From IMG/VR virus record IMGVR_UViG_2778261499_000009, positions 1 through 14,225 of that record: a stretch of DNA of 14,225 nt. One strand, written 5' to 3'. Below are positions 1-8,900 of the stretch, one piece after another. Made by a program: the position numbers and the translations under genes. Origin of the DNA: a virus. Lineage: Duplodnaviria > Heunggongvirae > Uroviricota > Caudoviricetes. Below the pieces are notes generated by a model. It made no database searches, was not told the origin of the DNA, and saw nothing but the letters and a program-made list of their open reading frames with translations. Position 1 is the stretch's first letter. Every line of letters begins with the position of its first letter.

Positions 1-1248
1 ATGGCACTGAATATTCCATTCAGAAATGCGTACTATCGTTTTGCATCCAGTTACTCATTTCTCTTTTTTATTTCCTGGTCGCTGTGGTGGTCGTTATACG
101 CTATTTGGCTGAAAGGACATCTAGGATTAACAGGGACGGAATTAGGTACACTTTATTCGGTCAACCAGTTTACCAGCATTCTATTTATGATGTTCTACGG
201 CATCGTTCAGGATAAACTCGGTCTGAAGAAACCGCTCATCTGGTGTATGAGTTTCATTCTGGTCTTGACCGGACCGTTTATGATTTACGTTTATGAACCG
301 TTACTGCAAAGCAATTTTTCTGTAGGTCTAATTCTGGGGGCGCTCTTTTTTGGCCTGGGGTATCTGGCGGGATGCGGTTTGCTTGACAGCTTCACCGAAA
401 AAATGGCGCGAAATTTTCATTTCGAATATGGAACAGCGCGCGCCTGGGGATCTTTTGGCTATGCTATTGGCGCGTTCTTTGCTGGTATATTTTTTAGTAT
501 CAGTCCCCATATCAACTTCTGGTTGGTCTCGCTATTTGGCGCTGTATTTATGATGATCAACATGCGTTTTAAAGATAAGGATCACCAGTGCATAGCGGCG
601 GATGCGGGAGGGGTAAAAAAAGAGGATTTTATCGCAGTTTTCAAGGATCGAAACTTCTGGGTTTTTGTCATATTTATTGTGGGGACGTGGTCTTTCTATA
701 ACATTTTTGATCAACAACTCTTTCCTGTCTTTTATGCAGGTTTATTCGAATCACACGATGTAGGAACGCGCCTGTATGGTTATCTCAACTCATTCCAGGT
801 GGTACTCGAAGCGCTGTGCATGGCGATTATTCCTTTCTTTGTGAATCGGGTAGGGCCAAAAAATGCATTACTTATCGGTGTTGTGATTATGGCGTTGCGT
901 ATCCTTTCCTGCGTGCTGTTCGTTAACCCCTGGATTATTTCATTAGTGAAGCTGTTACATGCCATTGAGGTTCCACTTTGTGTCATATCCGTCTTCAAAT
1001 ACAGCGTGGCAAACTTTGATAAGCGCCTGTCGTCGACGATCTTTCTGATTGGTTTTCAAATTGCCAGTTCGCTTGGGATTGTGCTGCTTTCAACGCCGAC
1101 TGGGATACTCTTTGACCACGCAGGCTACCAGACAGTTTTCTTCGCAATTTCGGGTATTGTCTGCCTGATGTTGCTATTTGGCATTTTCTTCCTGAGTAAA
1201 AAACGCGAGCAAATAGTTATGGAAACGCCTGTACCTTCAGCAATATAG
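1..1248 (+). CDS. MFS transporter, LacY-like (oligosaccharide:H+ symporter family)
   Basis: 415-aa ORF, polytopic hydrophobic protein. Alignable by eye to E. coli LacY (e.g. DKLGLKKPLIW vs LacY DKLGLRKYLLW; NFHFEYGTARAWG vs NFEFGRARMFG; GPKNALLIG vs GGKNALLLAG). Not LacY itself. ATG at position 1, so the true start could lie upstream of the window. Confidence 0.8.
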   Translation: MALNIPFRNAYYRFASSYSFLFFISWSLWWSLYAIWLKGHLGLTGTELGTLYSVNQFTSILFMMFYGIVQDKLGLKKPLIWCMSFILVLTGPFMIYVYEPLLQSNFSVGLILGALFFGLGYLAGCGLLDSFTEKMARNFHFEYGTARAWGSFGYAIGAFFAGIFFSISPHINFWLVSLFGAVFMMINMRFKDKDHQCIAADAGGVKKEDFIAVFKDRNFWVFVIFIVGTWSFYNIFDQQLFPVFYAGLFESHDVGTRLYGYLNSFQVVLEALCMAIIPFFVNRVGPKNALLIGVVIMALRILSCVLFVNPWIISLVKLLHAIEVPLCVISVFKYSVANFDKRLSSTIFLIGFQIASSLGIVLLSTPTGILFDHAGYQTVFFAISGIVCLMLLFGIFFLSKKREQIVMETPVPSAI

Positions 1249-1327
1249 ACGTAAACTTTTTCCGGTTGTTGTCGATATCTCCATATCCCTCAACCGGAAA
1301 ATAATAATACAAAAATGCTTACCCCTG

Positions 1328-1597
1328 CTAATAATCACCTAATCCAAACGCCTCATTCATGTTCTGGTACAGTCGCTCAAATGTACTCCGGATACGCGGT
1401 TCGCTGATTTCCAGGACATTGTCGTCATTCAGCGACGTGTCCCGTGTATCACGGGCCTGCGAATTCATCAAGGAATGCATTGCAGAGTGAAGTATCGAGT
1501 CACGCCATATTTCGCTATCAGGATTCTGTATGATGGTTACATCGCCCGGCCAGGGCTGTTTAGTCATCAGCGCTTTCTGACAGTGCTGAGATTTCAA
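1328..1597 (-). CDS. hypothetical protein (weak call; possibly a remnant)
   Basis: 89-aa ORF between the transporter and the xis-like gene; no recognisable motifs. It sits where an integrase would be expected but is far too short and lacks tyrosine-recombinase motifs. Confidence 0.25.
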   Translation of the reverse strand: MKSQHCQKALMTKQPWPGDVTIIQNPDSEIWRDSILHSAMHSLMNSQARDTRDTSLNDDNVLEISEPRIRSTFERLYQNMNEAFGLGDY

Positions 1598-1776
1598 CCT
1601 GTTGCAGTAAAAATGAGTAGATATAGGGCAAGTGTGCTGCCAAACCCATCTTTTACGGGGTGAAGGTAGATTTGGTTTGAAGGGTATCTGGTGTCCCCTG
1701 CAGACATCTACTTCAAGCGGCAGGGGATTGATTGGAATGGTGTTTTTTAGATGTGAAAAATATTTTACCCGCTATT

Positions 1777-1977
1777 TTACCCATTGGCGCGGCTTAAGAG
1801 CTTATTTTTGAATTCACAATGGTCACGATATAACCATCTTGCTCGCCCGTGGATAACTTTGGCTTTTGGCAGGTCGCCGGACTTAATCCGGTCATAGATG
1901 AAGGTTTTACCGAAGCCAGTATCGGCCATGATGAATTTCAAATCAACCAGTGAATCAGGCTGTAGTTCGTGTTGCAT
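1777..1977 (-). CDS. AlpA/excisionase-like small DNA-binding protein (putative Xis)
   Basis: 66 aa; segment LKFIMADTGFGKTFIYDRIKSGDLPKAKVIHGRARW matches the AlpA/Xis-type winged-helix pattern (recalled family consensus). Confidence 0.55.
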   Translation of the reverse strand: MQHELQPDSLVDLKFIMADTGFGKTFIYDRIKSGDLPKAKVIHGRARWLYRDHCEFKNKLLSRANG

Positions 1978-2020
1978 GAGTGCTATCTCCGAATAGGGAA
2001 TCGAACCTGCAAATCAGGTA

Positions 2021-2043
2021 ATAAAAAACCGCCATCAGGCGGC
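2021..2043 (-). terminator. intrinsic terminator (minus strand) downstream of the 2086..2397 gene
   Basis: Minus-strand reading: stem CCGCC / loop TGAT / stem GGCGG followed by TTTTTTATT (plus strand shows AAAAAACCGCCATCAGGCGG). Confidence 0.5.
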
Positions 2044-2085
2044 TTGGTGTTCTTTCAGTTCTTCAATTCGAATATTGGTTACGTC

Positions 2086-2397
2086 TTATTCGATGCGCAC
2101 TCCTGGTATTTCGCCTTTTGATATTGCGAAGTCATAAATTTGCGCAGCACTATACCCATCTCGCATCCATGAATCTAATGCGCGAATAGCCTCGCTACGC
2201 TTTTTATCTTCTCTCTCATTTTTGATATCAACGAGGACATCAACGCAATTAAGGCAAATGTGGATTTTGTCCTTACATTCGATCATGGCGGCTTTACCAT
2301 GATTTCCGCCGCACAGTGAGCATAAATCTTCAGGGTCTGGCTGGTATTTCTGTAACGTTAGATGGTTGAATGTTGAACAGACCATAATCATCTCCAT
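2086..2397 (-). CDS. hypothetical Cys-rich small protein
   Basis: 103-aa ORF with CxxC-type motifs (CSLCGG ... CLNC). A hairpin lies 9 nt upstream of the annotated ATG, so the true start may be an internal Met (MIMVCS / MVCS). Confidence 0.4.
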   Translation of the reverse strand: MEMIMVCSTFNHLTLQKYQPDPEDLCSLCGGNHGKAAMIECKDKIHICLNCVDVLVDIKNEREDKKRSEAIRALDSWMRDGYSAAQIYDFAISKGEIPGVRIE

Positions 2398-2558
2398 AAA
2401 ACAAAACTCGCCGTAGCGAGTTCAGATAAAAGAAATCCCCGCGAGTGCGAGGATTGTTAGTTGCGCTCTGCTGCTGCCTTAGCCATTACCATATCCACCC
2501 AATTTCACCAGACATGATTCTCGCAATCACTATTATCACCAAAGTGATAATCACAACT

Positions 2559-3209
2559 TTAACTGGCGGCATCATTCACTCCCTGCGGCGGTTCTGGTAG
2601 CGGCATCCAGTGTGACGGTTTCCACGACGCACCAGGAATTATCCACCCATCATTAGCGTCAGGATGCCCGGGGATGTAAGTAGCCCATTTCATTCGCCAG
2701 TCACCTTTCCTGTCAAACTCCACGGCAACAAGTACGGCTGTTTTGGTATTCGGCATTCGCTCACTACAGCTTATCCAACCATCCGGAGTTACCGGAGAGT
2801 TGCCGGGTTCTTTAATGTGCAAACGAGGCTCACCATCTTTTGGTTCAGGCCACTGGCGCTCCATGTTGATCTTCAATTTATTTTCCATAGCAGCGGTAAT
2901 TTCAGCATCACTGATACCAGCACGGCGCTGTGCATCCCACAACAGGAACTGCATATCAGCCCACTCGCTGAGATCGTCAGGTTCGGCTGCGGCTTCCAGT
3001 GCCTCTTTTGAGAGGTGTTTCAGTGGACCAATGGGGCCAACGCAGCCAAATGTGGAGTCAGACCATTTGGCATGCTCGTGGCGAATCTGTTCGCGTTCCA
3101 GTGATGCCAGTGCAATTCGTGCCAGTTCCATTTGTTCGCCACGAGTAAGCCCGTTTTCAAGCGGATTTTTAATGAATAATTCGATACGTTCTTTGGTAAT
3201 AGTGGTCAT
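2559..3209 (-). CDS. DUF551-domain protein with N-terminal MazG-like (DUF550-type) region
   Basis: C-terminus DGWISCSERMP...VLVAVEF...SHWMPLPEPPQ matches the recalled DUF551 signature (WI..ER.P...VLV....HWMPLPEPP). The N-terminal half resembles prophage dATP/dGTP pyrophosphohydrolase-like domains (less certain). Confidence 0.5.
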   Translation of the reverse strand: MTTITKERIELFIKNPLENGLTRGEQMELARIALASLEREQIRHEHAKWSDSTFGCVGPIGPLKHLSKEALEAAAEPDDLSEWADMQFLLWDAQRRAGISDAEITAAMENKLKINMERQWPEPKDGEPRLHIKEPGNSPVTPDGWISCSERMPNTKTAVLVAVEFDRKGDWRMKWATYIPGHPDANDGWIIPGASWKPSHWMPLPEPPQGVNDAAS

Positions 3210-3211
3210 AG

Positions 3212-3403
3212 CTATTTCACCTTAATCTCAACATTTCGCAGCTTTAGCTCTACTGGCAGGTCTGACTTTCCTGTTAATGCTAATGCGAGATTTTCTGGGG
3301 TAATGAGAGCAGTTATTGCTTTCCCCATTGCCAGACGAATAATTATTCGTATTTCGCGATCGTCACATGCTCCTGGTCGAACGATTGATATTTGTCCGTC
3401 CAT
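3212..3403 (-). CDS. hypothetical small protein
   Basis: 63-aa ORF tightly packed between flanking genes (start 2 nt after the stop of the upstream gene); packing supports a real gene. Confidence 0.4.
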   Translation of the reverse strand: MDGQISIVRPGACDDREIRIIIRLAMGKAITALITPENLALALTGKSDLPVELKLRNVEIKVK

Positions 3404-3404
3404 C

Positions 3405-3812
3405 TCACTCTCCTTTGATGCGAATGCCTGCGGCGCGGATTGCAGCGATGACTTCAGAAACTTTGTATGCCATTACCGTTTGGTAATCATCGTGAAAATC
3501 TGTTCGATGAAGCATGCTGCTACGTTCCGGGAGCGATATTTCCCGCGCTTCCAGTTCTGCAATGCGCTTTTTTGCTGCTTCCAGTTCATCCAGTAATTCC
3601 AGCACGGTAGCCGGATTAGCCTTGGCAACAAAATCCCGGACTGGCTTACAATCAATCTCCGCAATGGGTTGATACGATGTGTAGCCATGCTGTCTTGTAT
3701 AACTACCGTGACGAATAACAAAAAAATCACCATTTATTTTTTTAGCCTGCCACTTATCTTCACCGGCTTTCTCTGCCGCTTCACGCAGTGCCTGATAGTC
3801 AATCTTGTTCAT
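3405..3812 (-). CDS. Ead/Ea22-like protein
   Basis: 135 aa; N-terminus MNKIDYQALREAAEKAG and PATVLELLDELEAAKKRIAELEAR resemble recalled Ead/Ea22-like lambdoid early-region proteins. Confidence 0.5.
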   Translation of the reverse strand: MNKIDYQALREAAEKAGEDKWQAKKINGDFFVIRHGSYTRQHGYTSYQPIAEIDCKPVRDFVAKANPATVLELLDELEAAKKRIAELEAREISLPERSSMLHRTDFHDDYQTVMAYKVSEVIAAIRAAGIRIKGE

Positions 3813-3813
3813 G

Positions 3814-4113
3814 TCACATCACCCTGAATCCGTTGCATTTACGTAAGAAATCGCAGATATAGCCCTTCATTTTTTCATGCCAATCTCGATCATTCCCATT
3901 GCACCAACCATCAGGTGGAGTCCAGTTTTCTATCAGAGCAGCCATTTTCTTTGCTTTCGCCGGAGTAGCTGTTGCGGTATCGCAGTAATGACGAGTTTCA
4001 ACCAACGCATCCATACCATCGATATCAAGTACGCAAAACCATGTGTGATTCGGCATTCCAACAGATGGTATTTGTTGCCCACGTCGACGTTTATCAATAA
4101 GACATACAGTCAT
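3814..4113 (-). CDS. hypothetical protein
   Basis: 99-aa ORF; its start overlaps the stop of the upstream gene (ATGA-type coupling at 4110-4113); several Cys/Trp residues. Confidence 0.45.
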   Translation of the reverse strand: MTVCLIDKRRRGQQIPSVGMPNHTWFCVLDIDGMDALVETRHYCDTATATPAKAKKMAALIENWTPPDGWCNGNDRDWHEKMKGYICDFLRKCNGFRVM

Positions 4114-4655
4114 GGTTCCACCTTCTCTATTTGCTTAAGACCGTCTCTCACTGCATTAAGTACGCGTTCCAGATACTGGTATTTCTGGTTTGGTGCCGTT
4201 GGCCAGTCGGCATACCATGGATCATCACCAAAGAGATTCAGCAGTTTGTTACCGACGCCGAAACAACAGCAGCTTTCTTTTACGTCATCGGCGTTTTCCG
4301 CCTCGTCCCACATTTCGCGAGCCTGTACCGCGTCGATTTCTCTCTCTCTTCGTAATTTTATGATTTCTGACTTCACGAAAAGCAGATTTGCATCGTTGTC
4401 ATCGTCGACCGTGCTTCGCAGTTGAGGGTCGAAATAGCCGATTAGATACTCGTTGCTGACCCGCTTAATGAACGTCTGCACATCATCACCGCCCATAGCA
4501 AACCAAGCCGCAGTCCACGCTTTTCCGTAGCAGGTGATGGTGATTCTTCCCTTACCAGGTTCGTAGTTTTCAATCATCACTCGAACCGGATCTAGTCGCT
4601 CTGCACCGGTTATAACGAATGACAACACATCAATCTTTTCAACCGTTACACTCAC
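4110..4655 (-). CDS. hypothetical protein (start refined to GTG with strong SD)
   Basis: The track ORF runs to 4676, but an AAGGAGG Shine-Dalgarno (plus 4662-4668) sits 6 nt upstream of an in-frame GTG at 4653-4655, which is the likelier start. Acidic central region. Confidence 0.5.
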   Translation of the reverse strand: MSVTVEKIDVLSFVITGAERLDPVRVMIENYEPGKGRITITCYGKAWTAAWFAMGGDDVQTFIKRVSNEYLIGYFDPQLRSTVDDDNDANLLFVKSEIIKLRREREIDAVQAREMWDEAENADDVKESCCCFGVGNKLLNLFGDDPWYADWPTAPNQKYQYLERVLNAVRDGLKQIEKVEP

Positions 4656-4835
4656 TGGTTGCCTCCTTTGCGCCACATCGCATTCAGATATTTGTTGTCA
4701 TTAACAGAACCGAAACTATTTCTCTTAAGCAATTCCTCTCTCGATGGCATTGGCTTTACGCGTTGGCGAATAATCATTTCTGCCGGAAGAATGCCGGGAT
4801 TGTATGCAAGTCCTCTCATGGTAAATTCCTCTTTG

Positions 4836-5150
4836 TTAATTTATTCGTATGCCTGCTCTTTCTTCATCGAGTTTTTTTAGCTTGTATCGCATAGCTCTCA
4901 CTGAATAAATTGAGCGGCAGGTTGCAATTGCTATTTCTTCTGCGGAGAACTTACCGAAAAGTGATACTTCAGCTCTTGTCCATCGTCTTCCACGAAGTCG
5001 GCTAACAATGTCAGCGCCAATCCTTGTTGCTTTCGCCATAACTGCTTTTTCAGTCCTTTCCAGTTTTTCAGCGATAACTTCAACTGGCATTGTCGCCGCT
5101 ACTTCGCGCAAGAAATCGACTTCCCATTTCTCCCATGGAGTCTTTTTCAT
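4836..5150 (-). CDS. hypothetical protein
   Basis: 104-aa ORF with an internally duplicated W..E(V)..F/L motif ([13 protein letters not shown] / [13 protein letters not shown]), possibly a tandem helix-turn-helix-like fold. Confidence 0.45.
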   Translation of the reverse strand: MKKTPWEKWEVDFLREVAATMPVEVIAEKLERTEKAVMAKATRIGADIVSRLRGRRWTRAEVSLFGKFSAEEIAIATCRSIYSVRAMRYKLKKLDEERAGIRIN

Positions 5151-5161
5151 AGGCGATACCG

Positions 5162-5650
5162 TTATTTGATAAGAAGTGAAGGTTTCCCAACTTTGAGTTG
5201 AGCGCCGGGGATATTTATTCCTGCTTTTAGTTGGTGTTTGATTGCCAGTTTGTCGGCTTTTATTGTTGTTTCAAACTCAACGTATTCAGGAGGAAGGGCG
5301 CTTGAGTCGATGATTTCTACAGTTTCTGACGGTTTGCGGATTGTTACCTGGTGAATACCTGCTCGAATCTTTTTCTTGCCAACCATTTCAAGCGATGACG
5401 CTATATACGCCATAATGCTGTCAATCTTATTTTGAATTACTGCGGCTCGCTCATTCAGTGACTTTGCCTCTTCCTTGAGGCGTTCAGCATAACCAGATTC
5501 ATTTTTAATAATGGCAAGAAGTTGCTCTATTTTATCGGTAAATTCTCCTTCCATGCCTTCTATTGTGTCAGCAATCATCTCTGGTTCTAAATCTGAATCC
5601 ATCAATTTTGCGTATTCATTGGCAATTTCATACAGTTTGCTCACTGGCAA
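5162..5650 (-). CDS. Siphovirus Gp157-family protein
   Basis: 162 aa; LYEIANEYAKLMDSD...TIEGMEGEFTDK...IKNESGYAERLKEEAKSLNER...KPSETVEIID...LKAGINIPGAQL fits the recalled Gp157-family pattern; lies immediately downstream of the RecT-family gene. Confidence 0.5.
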   Translation of the reverse strand: MPVSKLYEIANEYAKLMDSDLEPEMIADTIEGMEGEFTDKIEQLLAIIKNESGYAERLKEEAKSLNERAAVIQNKIDSIMAYIASSLEMVGKKKIRAGIHQVTIRKPSETVEIIDSSALPPEYVEFETTIKADKLAIKHQLKAGINIPGAQLKVGKPSLLIK

Positions 5651-6539
5651 CCTCCAGTTTCGCTTTGCATTCTGCGTAAATGGCTTGTACGTTCTGCTGC
5701 AATTTCATTCCAGATGTCAGGCGATATGCTTCTGCAAAATATCGCTTCAAATCATCCATGTTTTCTGCCTGAGCCATTTCATCGCAAAGAAGTTGTGCTT
5801 TATCCATTATTTCCTGCTGGCGTTTCCGTTCATCTTCGCGGATATCTTCCTCTGATTTGTGCGGCATAACTGGTTCAGTCCACACACCTTCTTCTTCGTT
5901 TAGTACGTGAATAGCACTATCAAGACGTGATGCCTTAGGCCAATACTTGCTTGCACGCTTTACGACCGTCTTTCGCGCCATCTCATTCCAGTGATTTACC
6001 CATGGTCCTTTATCGCTGAATGCTGCCTTGCTTGTTTTCCTTACAGCCTCAATTTCAGCCAGACTCATCTCTTCCGTTAGATAATCACCTGCTGGCGTCT
6101 TAACTGTGCAGTAAACGCCAACGATATCACCACGATCACCGAAGGCGTTGTATTTATGGGTTGGTGCTTTATCAAGCCCGTTTGACTCATAGGTATCGTT
6201 AGCATGAACAAGTTTTGCCTGACCCCATGAGATAACACCAGACTCCATTGCAATATGGAGCAATCCCATATAGCTGATATCAAGGCAAACCATGCCGTCT
6301 CGCGGAACTAGATAAGCAAGTTTGCTGGCCGGGTTTAAGGTGATGCCGATCGCCGCAACATTGATGATGGCGTTCTGTGCGCTGGTTGGGTTTGCCAGTG
6401 CTGTTTTAGCCAGGTAATCATTTTTCTGGAAATACTGAATTGCAAACTGGCTTTCCTTAGCCCATGTCACCGTCTGTTCAGTCAATGCTCCGCAGAATAA
6501 CTGCTCCTGCTGTTTAACGAATTCAACGATATTGCTCAT
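5628..6539 (-). CDS. recT: RecT-family single-strand annealing protein
   Basis: 303 aa; GPWVNHWNEMARKTVVKRASKYWP closely matches the recalled conserved RecT segment GPWVTHWEEMAKKTAIRRLFKYLP; start overlaps the stop of the upstream gene (ATGA). Confidence 0.75.
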   Translation of the reverse strand: MSNIVEFVKQQEQLFCGALTEQTVTWAKESQFAIQYFQKNDYLAKTALANPTSAQNAIINVAAIGITLNPASKLAYLVPRDGMVCLDISYMGLLHIAMESGVISWGQAKLVHANDTYESNGLDKAPTHKYNAFGDRGDIVGVYCTVKTPAGDYLTEEMSLAEIEAVRKTSKAAFSDKGPWVNHWNEMARKTVVKRASKYWPKASRLDSAIHVLNEEEGVWTEPVMPHKSEEDIREDERKRQQEIMDKAQLLCDEMAQAENMDDLKRYFAEAYRLTSGMKLQQNVQAIYAECKAKLEVASEQTV

Positions 6540-6847
6540 GCTGCTTCTCCATAAATGTGTCTGCGTTTGAATATTGCGAAGGCATATTCAGCCTTAACTC
6601 TTTCGGTTATTGCATCCCAGAACCATTCAGCGGCTTTTTCCTGATAGTTACAGTCATCATCTTCCAGCCAGTCGATAGCGTCCTTAGTGTGTTCATCTGG
6701 TTTATATGAGCGAAGCATTTCGCTTATTGGGTCGCAACGTTTGCAGAGACGATCAACTTCACTGTTGATTCGTTCGTAATCTTCATCAGTAAAACTTGCG
6801 ATTATTTGCGATATTTCACGCTTATCATTCAGAGTCAGAATCATCAT
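6536..6847 (-). CDS. hypothetical protein translationally coupled to recT
   Basis: 103-aa ORF; its stop overlaps the recT start; acidic, Trp-rich C-terminal half. Confidence 0.5.
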   Translation of the reverse strand: MMILTLNDKREISQIIASFTDEDYERINSEVDRLCKRCDPISEMLRSYKPDEHTKDAIDWLEDDDCNYQEKAAEWFWDAITERVKAEYAFAIFKRRHIYGEAA

Positions 6848-7065
6848 CTTTCTCCTGTTCTTTGTGCTGATTGAGCATTTTGTTCATCTGACGAATGAAT
6901 TCTTCGTCTGACCAGTTATCTGTAAAACTCATTTCCTGCGATACCACGGAAGGTTGATAGCTGATTTCATCGCTTTATTTGCTTCAAGCCACATTTTTGA
7001 ATCACCAATAAATCGGGCTATTACTGCTTTGTTCTGTGCAGCACGAAGCATCTGGTGATTAATGG

Positions 7066-7200
7066 CTATTTCATTGCGCATAACGCCTCCAGTTGTTTCT
7101 TTGCTGCTCTGATTAATTGTTTAACTCGGCGTGATAATTCAGATTCGTGCGGGTAGAAAGCGGACATGACGCCGCTACCCGCGAGCTGAAAGTGCATCAT
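7066..7200 (-). CDS. cIII: cIII-like peptide (putative FtsH inhibitor)
   Basis: The track ORF starts at 7251, but AAGGAG (minus strand) lies 6 nt upstream of the internal ATG at 7198-7200. The resulting 44-aa peptide MMHFQLAGSGVMSAFYPHESELSRRVKQLIRAAKKQLEAL parallels lambda cIII MQYAIAGWPVAGCPSESLLERITRKLRDGWKRLIDIL (recalled). Confidence 0.45.
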   Translation of the reverse strand: MMHFQLAGSGVMSAFYPHESELSRRVKQLIRAAKKQLEALCAMK

Positions 7201-7275
7201 GGGTAACTCCTTATATTTGATTGCATAACGAAAATGCCTCTCGTGAAGCATTATTGGTATGCGGTAAAGCCGCGC

Positions 7276-7644
7276 TCAGGCGGCTTTGATAGTCATATCA
7301 TCTGAATCAAATATTCCAGATGTGTCGATATCGGTAATTCTTATTCCTTCGCTACCATCCATTGGAGGCCATCCTTCCTGACCATTTCCATCATTCCAGT
7401 CGAACTCACACACAACACCATATGCATTTAAGTCGCTTGAAATTGCTATAAGCAGAGCATGTTGCGCCAGCATGATTAATACAGCATTTAATACAGAGCC
7501 GTGTTTATTGAGTCGGTATTCAGAGTCTGACCAGAAATTATTAATCTGGTGAAGTTTTTCCTCTGTCATTACGTCATGGTCGATTTCAATTTCTATTGAT
7601 GCTTTCCAGTCGTAATCAATGATGTATTTTTTGATGTTTGACAC
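7276..7644 (-). CDS. hypothetical acidic protein (early-left operon)
   Basis: 122-aa ORF with GTG start (AGGA about 9 nt upstream); strongly acidic (many D/E, C-terminus ...ITDIDTSGIFDSDDMTIKAA); occupies the ral/ea10-like position. Confidence 0.5.
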   Translation of the reverse strand: MSNIKKYIIDYDWKASIEIEIDHDVMTEEKLHQINNFWSDSEYRLNKHGSVLNAVLIMLAQHALLIAISSDLNAYGVVCEFDWNDGNGQEGWPPMDGSEGIRITDIDTSGIFDSDDMTIKAA

Positions 7645-7662
7645 CTATTCATATCCTCATAG

Positions 7663-7690
7663 ATAAAAAATCGCCCTCACACTGGAGGGC
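7663..7690 (-). terminator. intrinsic terminator in the pL operon (tL-like)
   Basis: Minus-strand reading: stem GCCCTC / loop CAGTGT / stem GAGGGC followed by GATTTTTTAT. Confidence 0.55.
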
Positions 7691-7813
7691 AAAGAAGATT
7701 TCCAATAATCAGAACAAGTCGGCTCCTGTTTAGTTACGAGCGACATTGCTCCGTGTATTCACTCGTTGGAATAAATACACAGTGCAGTGTTTATTAGTAT
7801 GCCTGTCTTTTAA

Positions 7814-8711
<898 letters not shown>

Positions 8712-8869
8712 CTGGATTCTCTTGTCAGTTAGCTTTGGTGGTGTGTGTGAGTCGTAGTCCTGAACGAAAACACCCCACGATTGGCTCATTTGCAGCTAAT
8801 CCGGATTCGCACTTCCGGCCAATGCTTCGTTTCGTATCACACACCCCAAAGCCTTCTGCTTTGAATGCT

Positions 8870-8900
8870 GCCCTTCTTCAGGGCTTAATTTTTAAGAGCA
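8870..8900 (-). promoter_or_regulatory. nutL (boxA + boxB)
   Basis: Minus-strand reading TGCTCTTAA-AAATTAA-GCCCTGAAGAAGGGC; boxB is a perfect hairpin identical to recalled lambda nutL boxB; boxA as CGCTCTTAA in my recollection of lambda. Confidence 0.8.

Noticed and set aside
328-998. Several 60-72-aa ORFs on both strands inside the MFS transporter gene (328..510, 350..553, 532..717, 780..998)
   Set aside because: Fully embedded in a long, coherent membrane-protein ORF; no start signals; typical alternative-frame artefacts.
1-1248. lacY carried on a lambda plac-type transducing or cloning phage
   Set aside because: The transporter is only a LacY-family homologue, clearly different from E. 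coli LacY in sequence, and no lacZ/lacA or vector features are present.
1990-2012. Possible tRNA gene or 3' tRNA fragment (GGTTCGATTCC T-loop-like motif on the minus strand)
   Set aside because: Flanking bases do not form a T-stem or acceptor stem; at most a degenerate att-site remnant, so not called as tRNA.
2664-3225. Plus-strand ORFs 2664..3011 and 2743..3225 (115 and 160 aa)
   Set aside because: Antisense to the DUF551 gene, which has recognisable conserved motifs; Ser/Arg-rich translations typical of non-coding frames.
4619-4894. Plus-strand ORFs 4619..4894 and 4659..4880 in the 4677-4835 intergenic gap
   Set aside because: They run antisense across the starts and ends of well-packed minus-strand genes; no SD; likely non-coding leader region.
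6828-6932. 34-aa acidic minus-strand ORF (MSFTDNWSDEEFIRQMNKMLNQHKEQEKDDDSDSE) in the gap between cIII-like and the 103-aa gene
   Set aside because: Too short to support without conservation evidence and it overlaps the start of the 6536..6847 gene in another frame; noted as a possible kil-position micro-ORF only.
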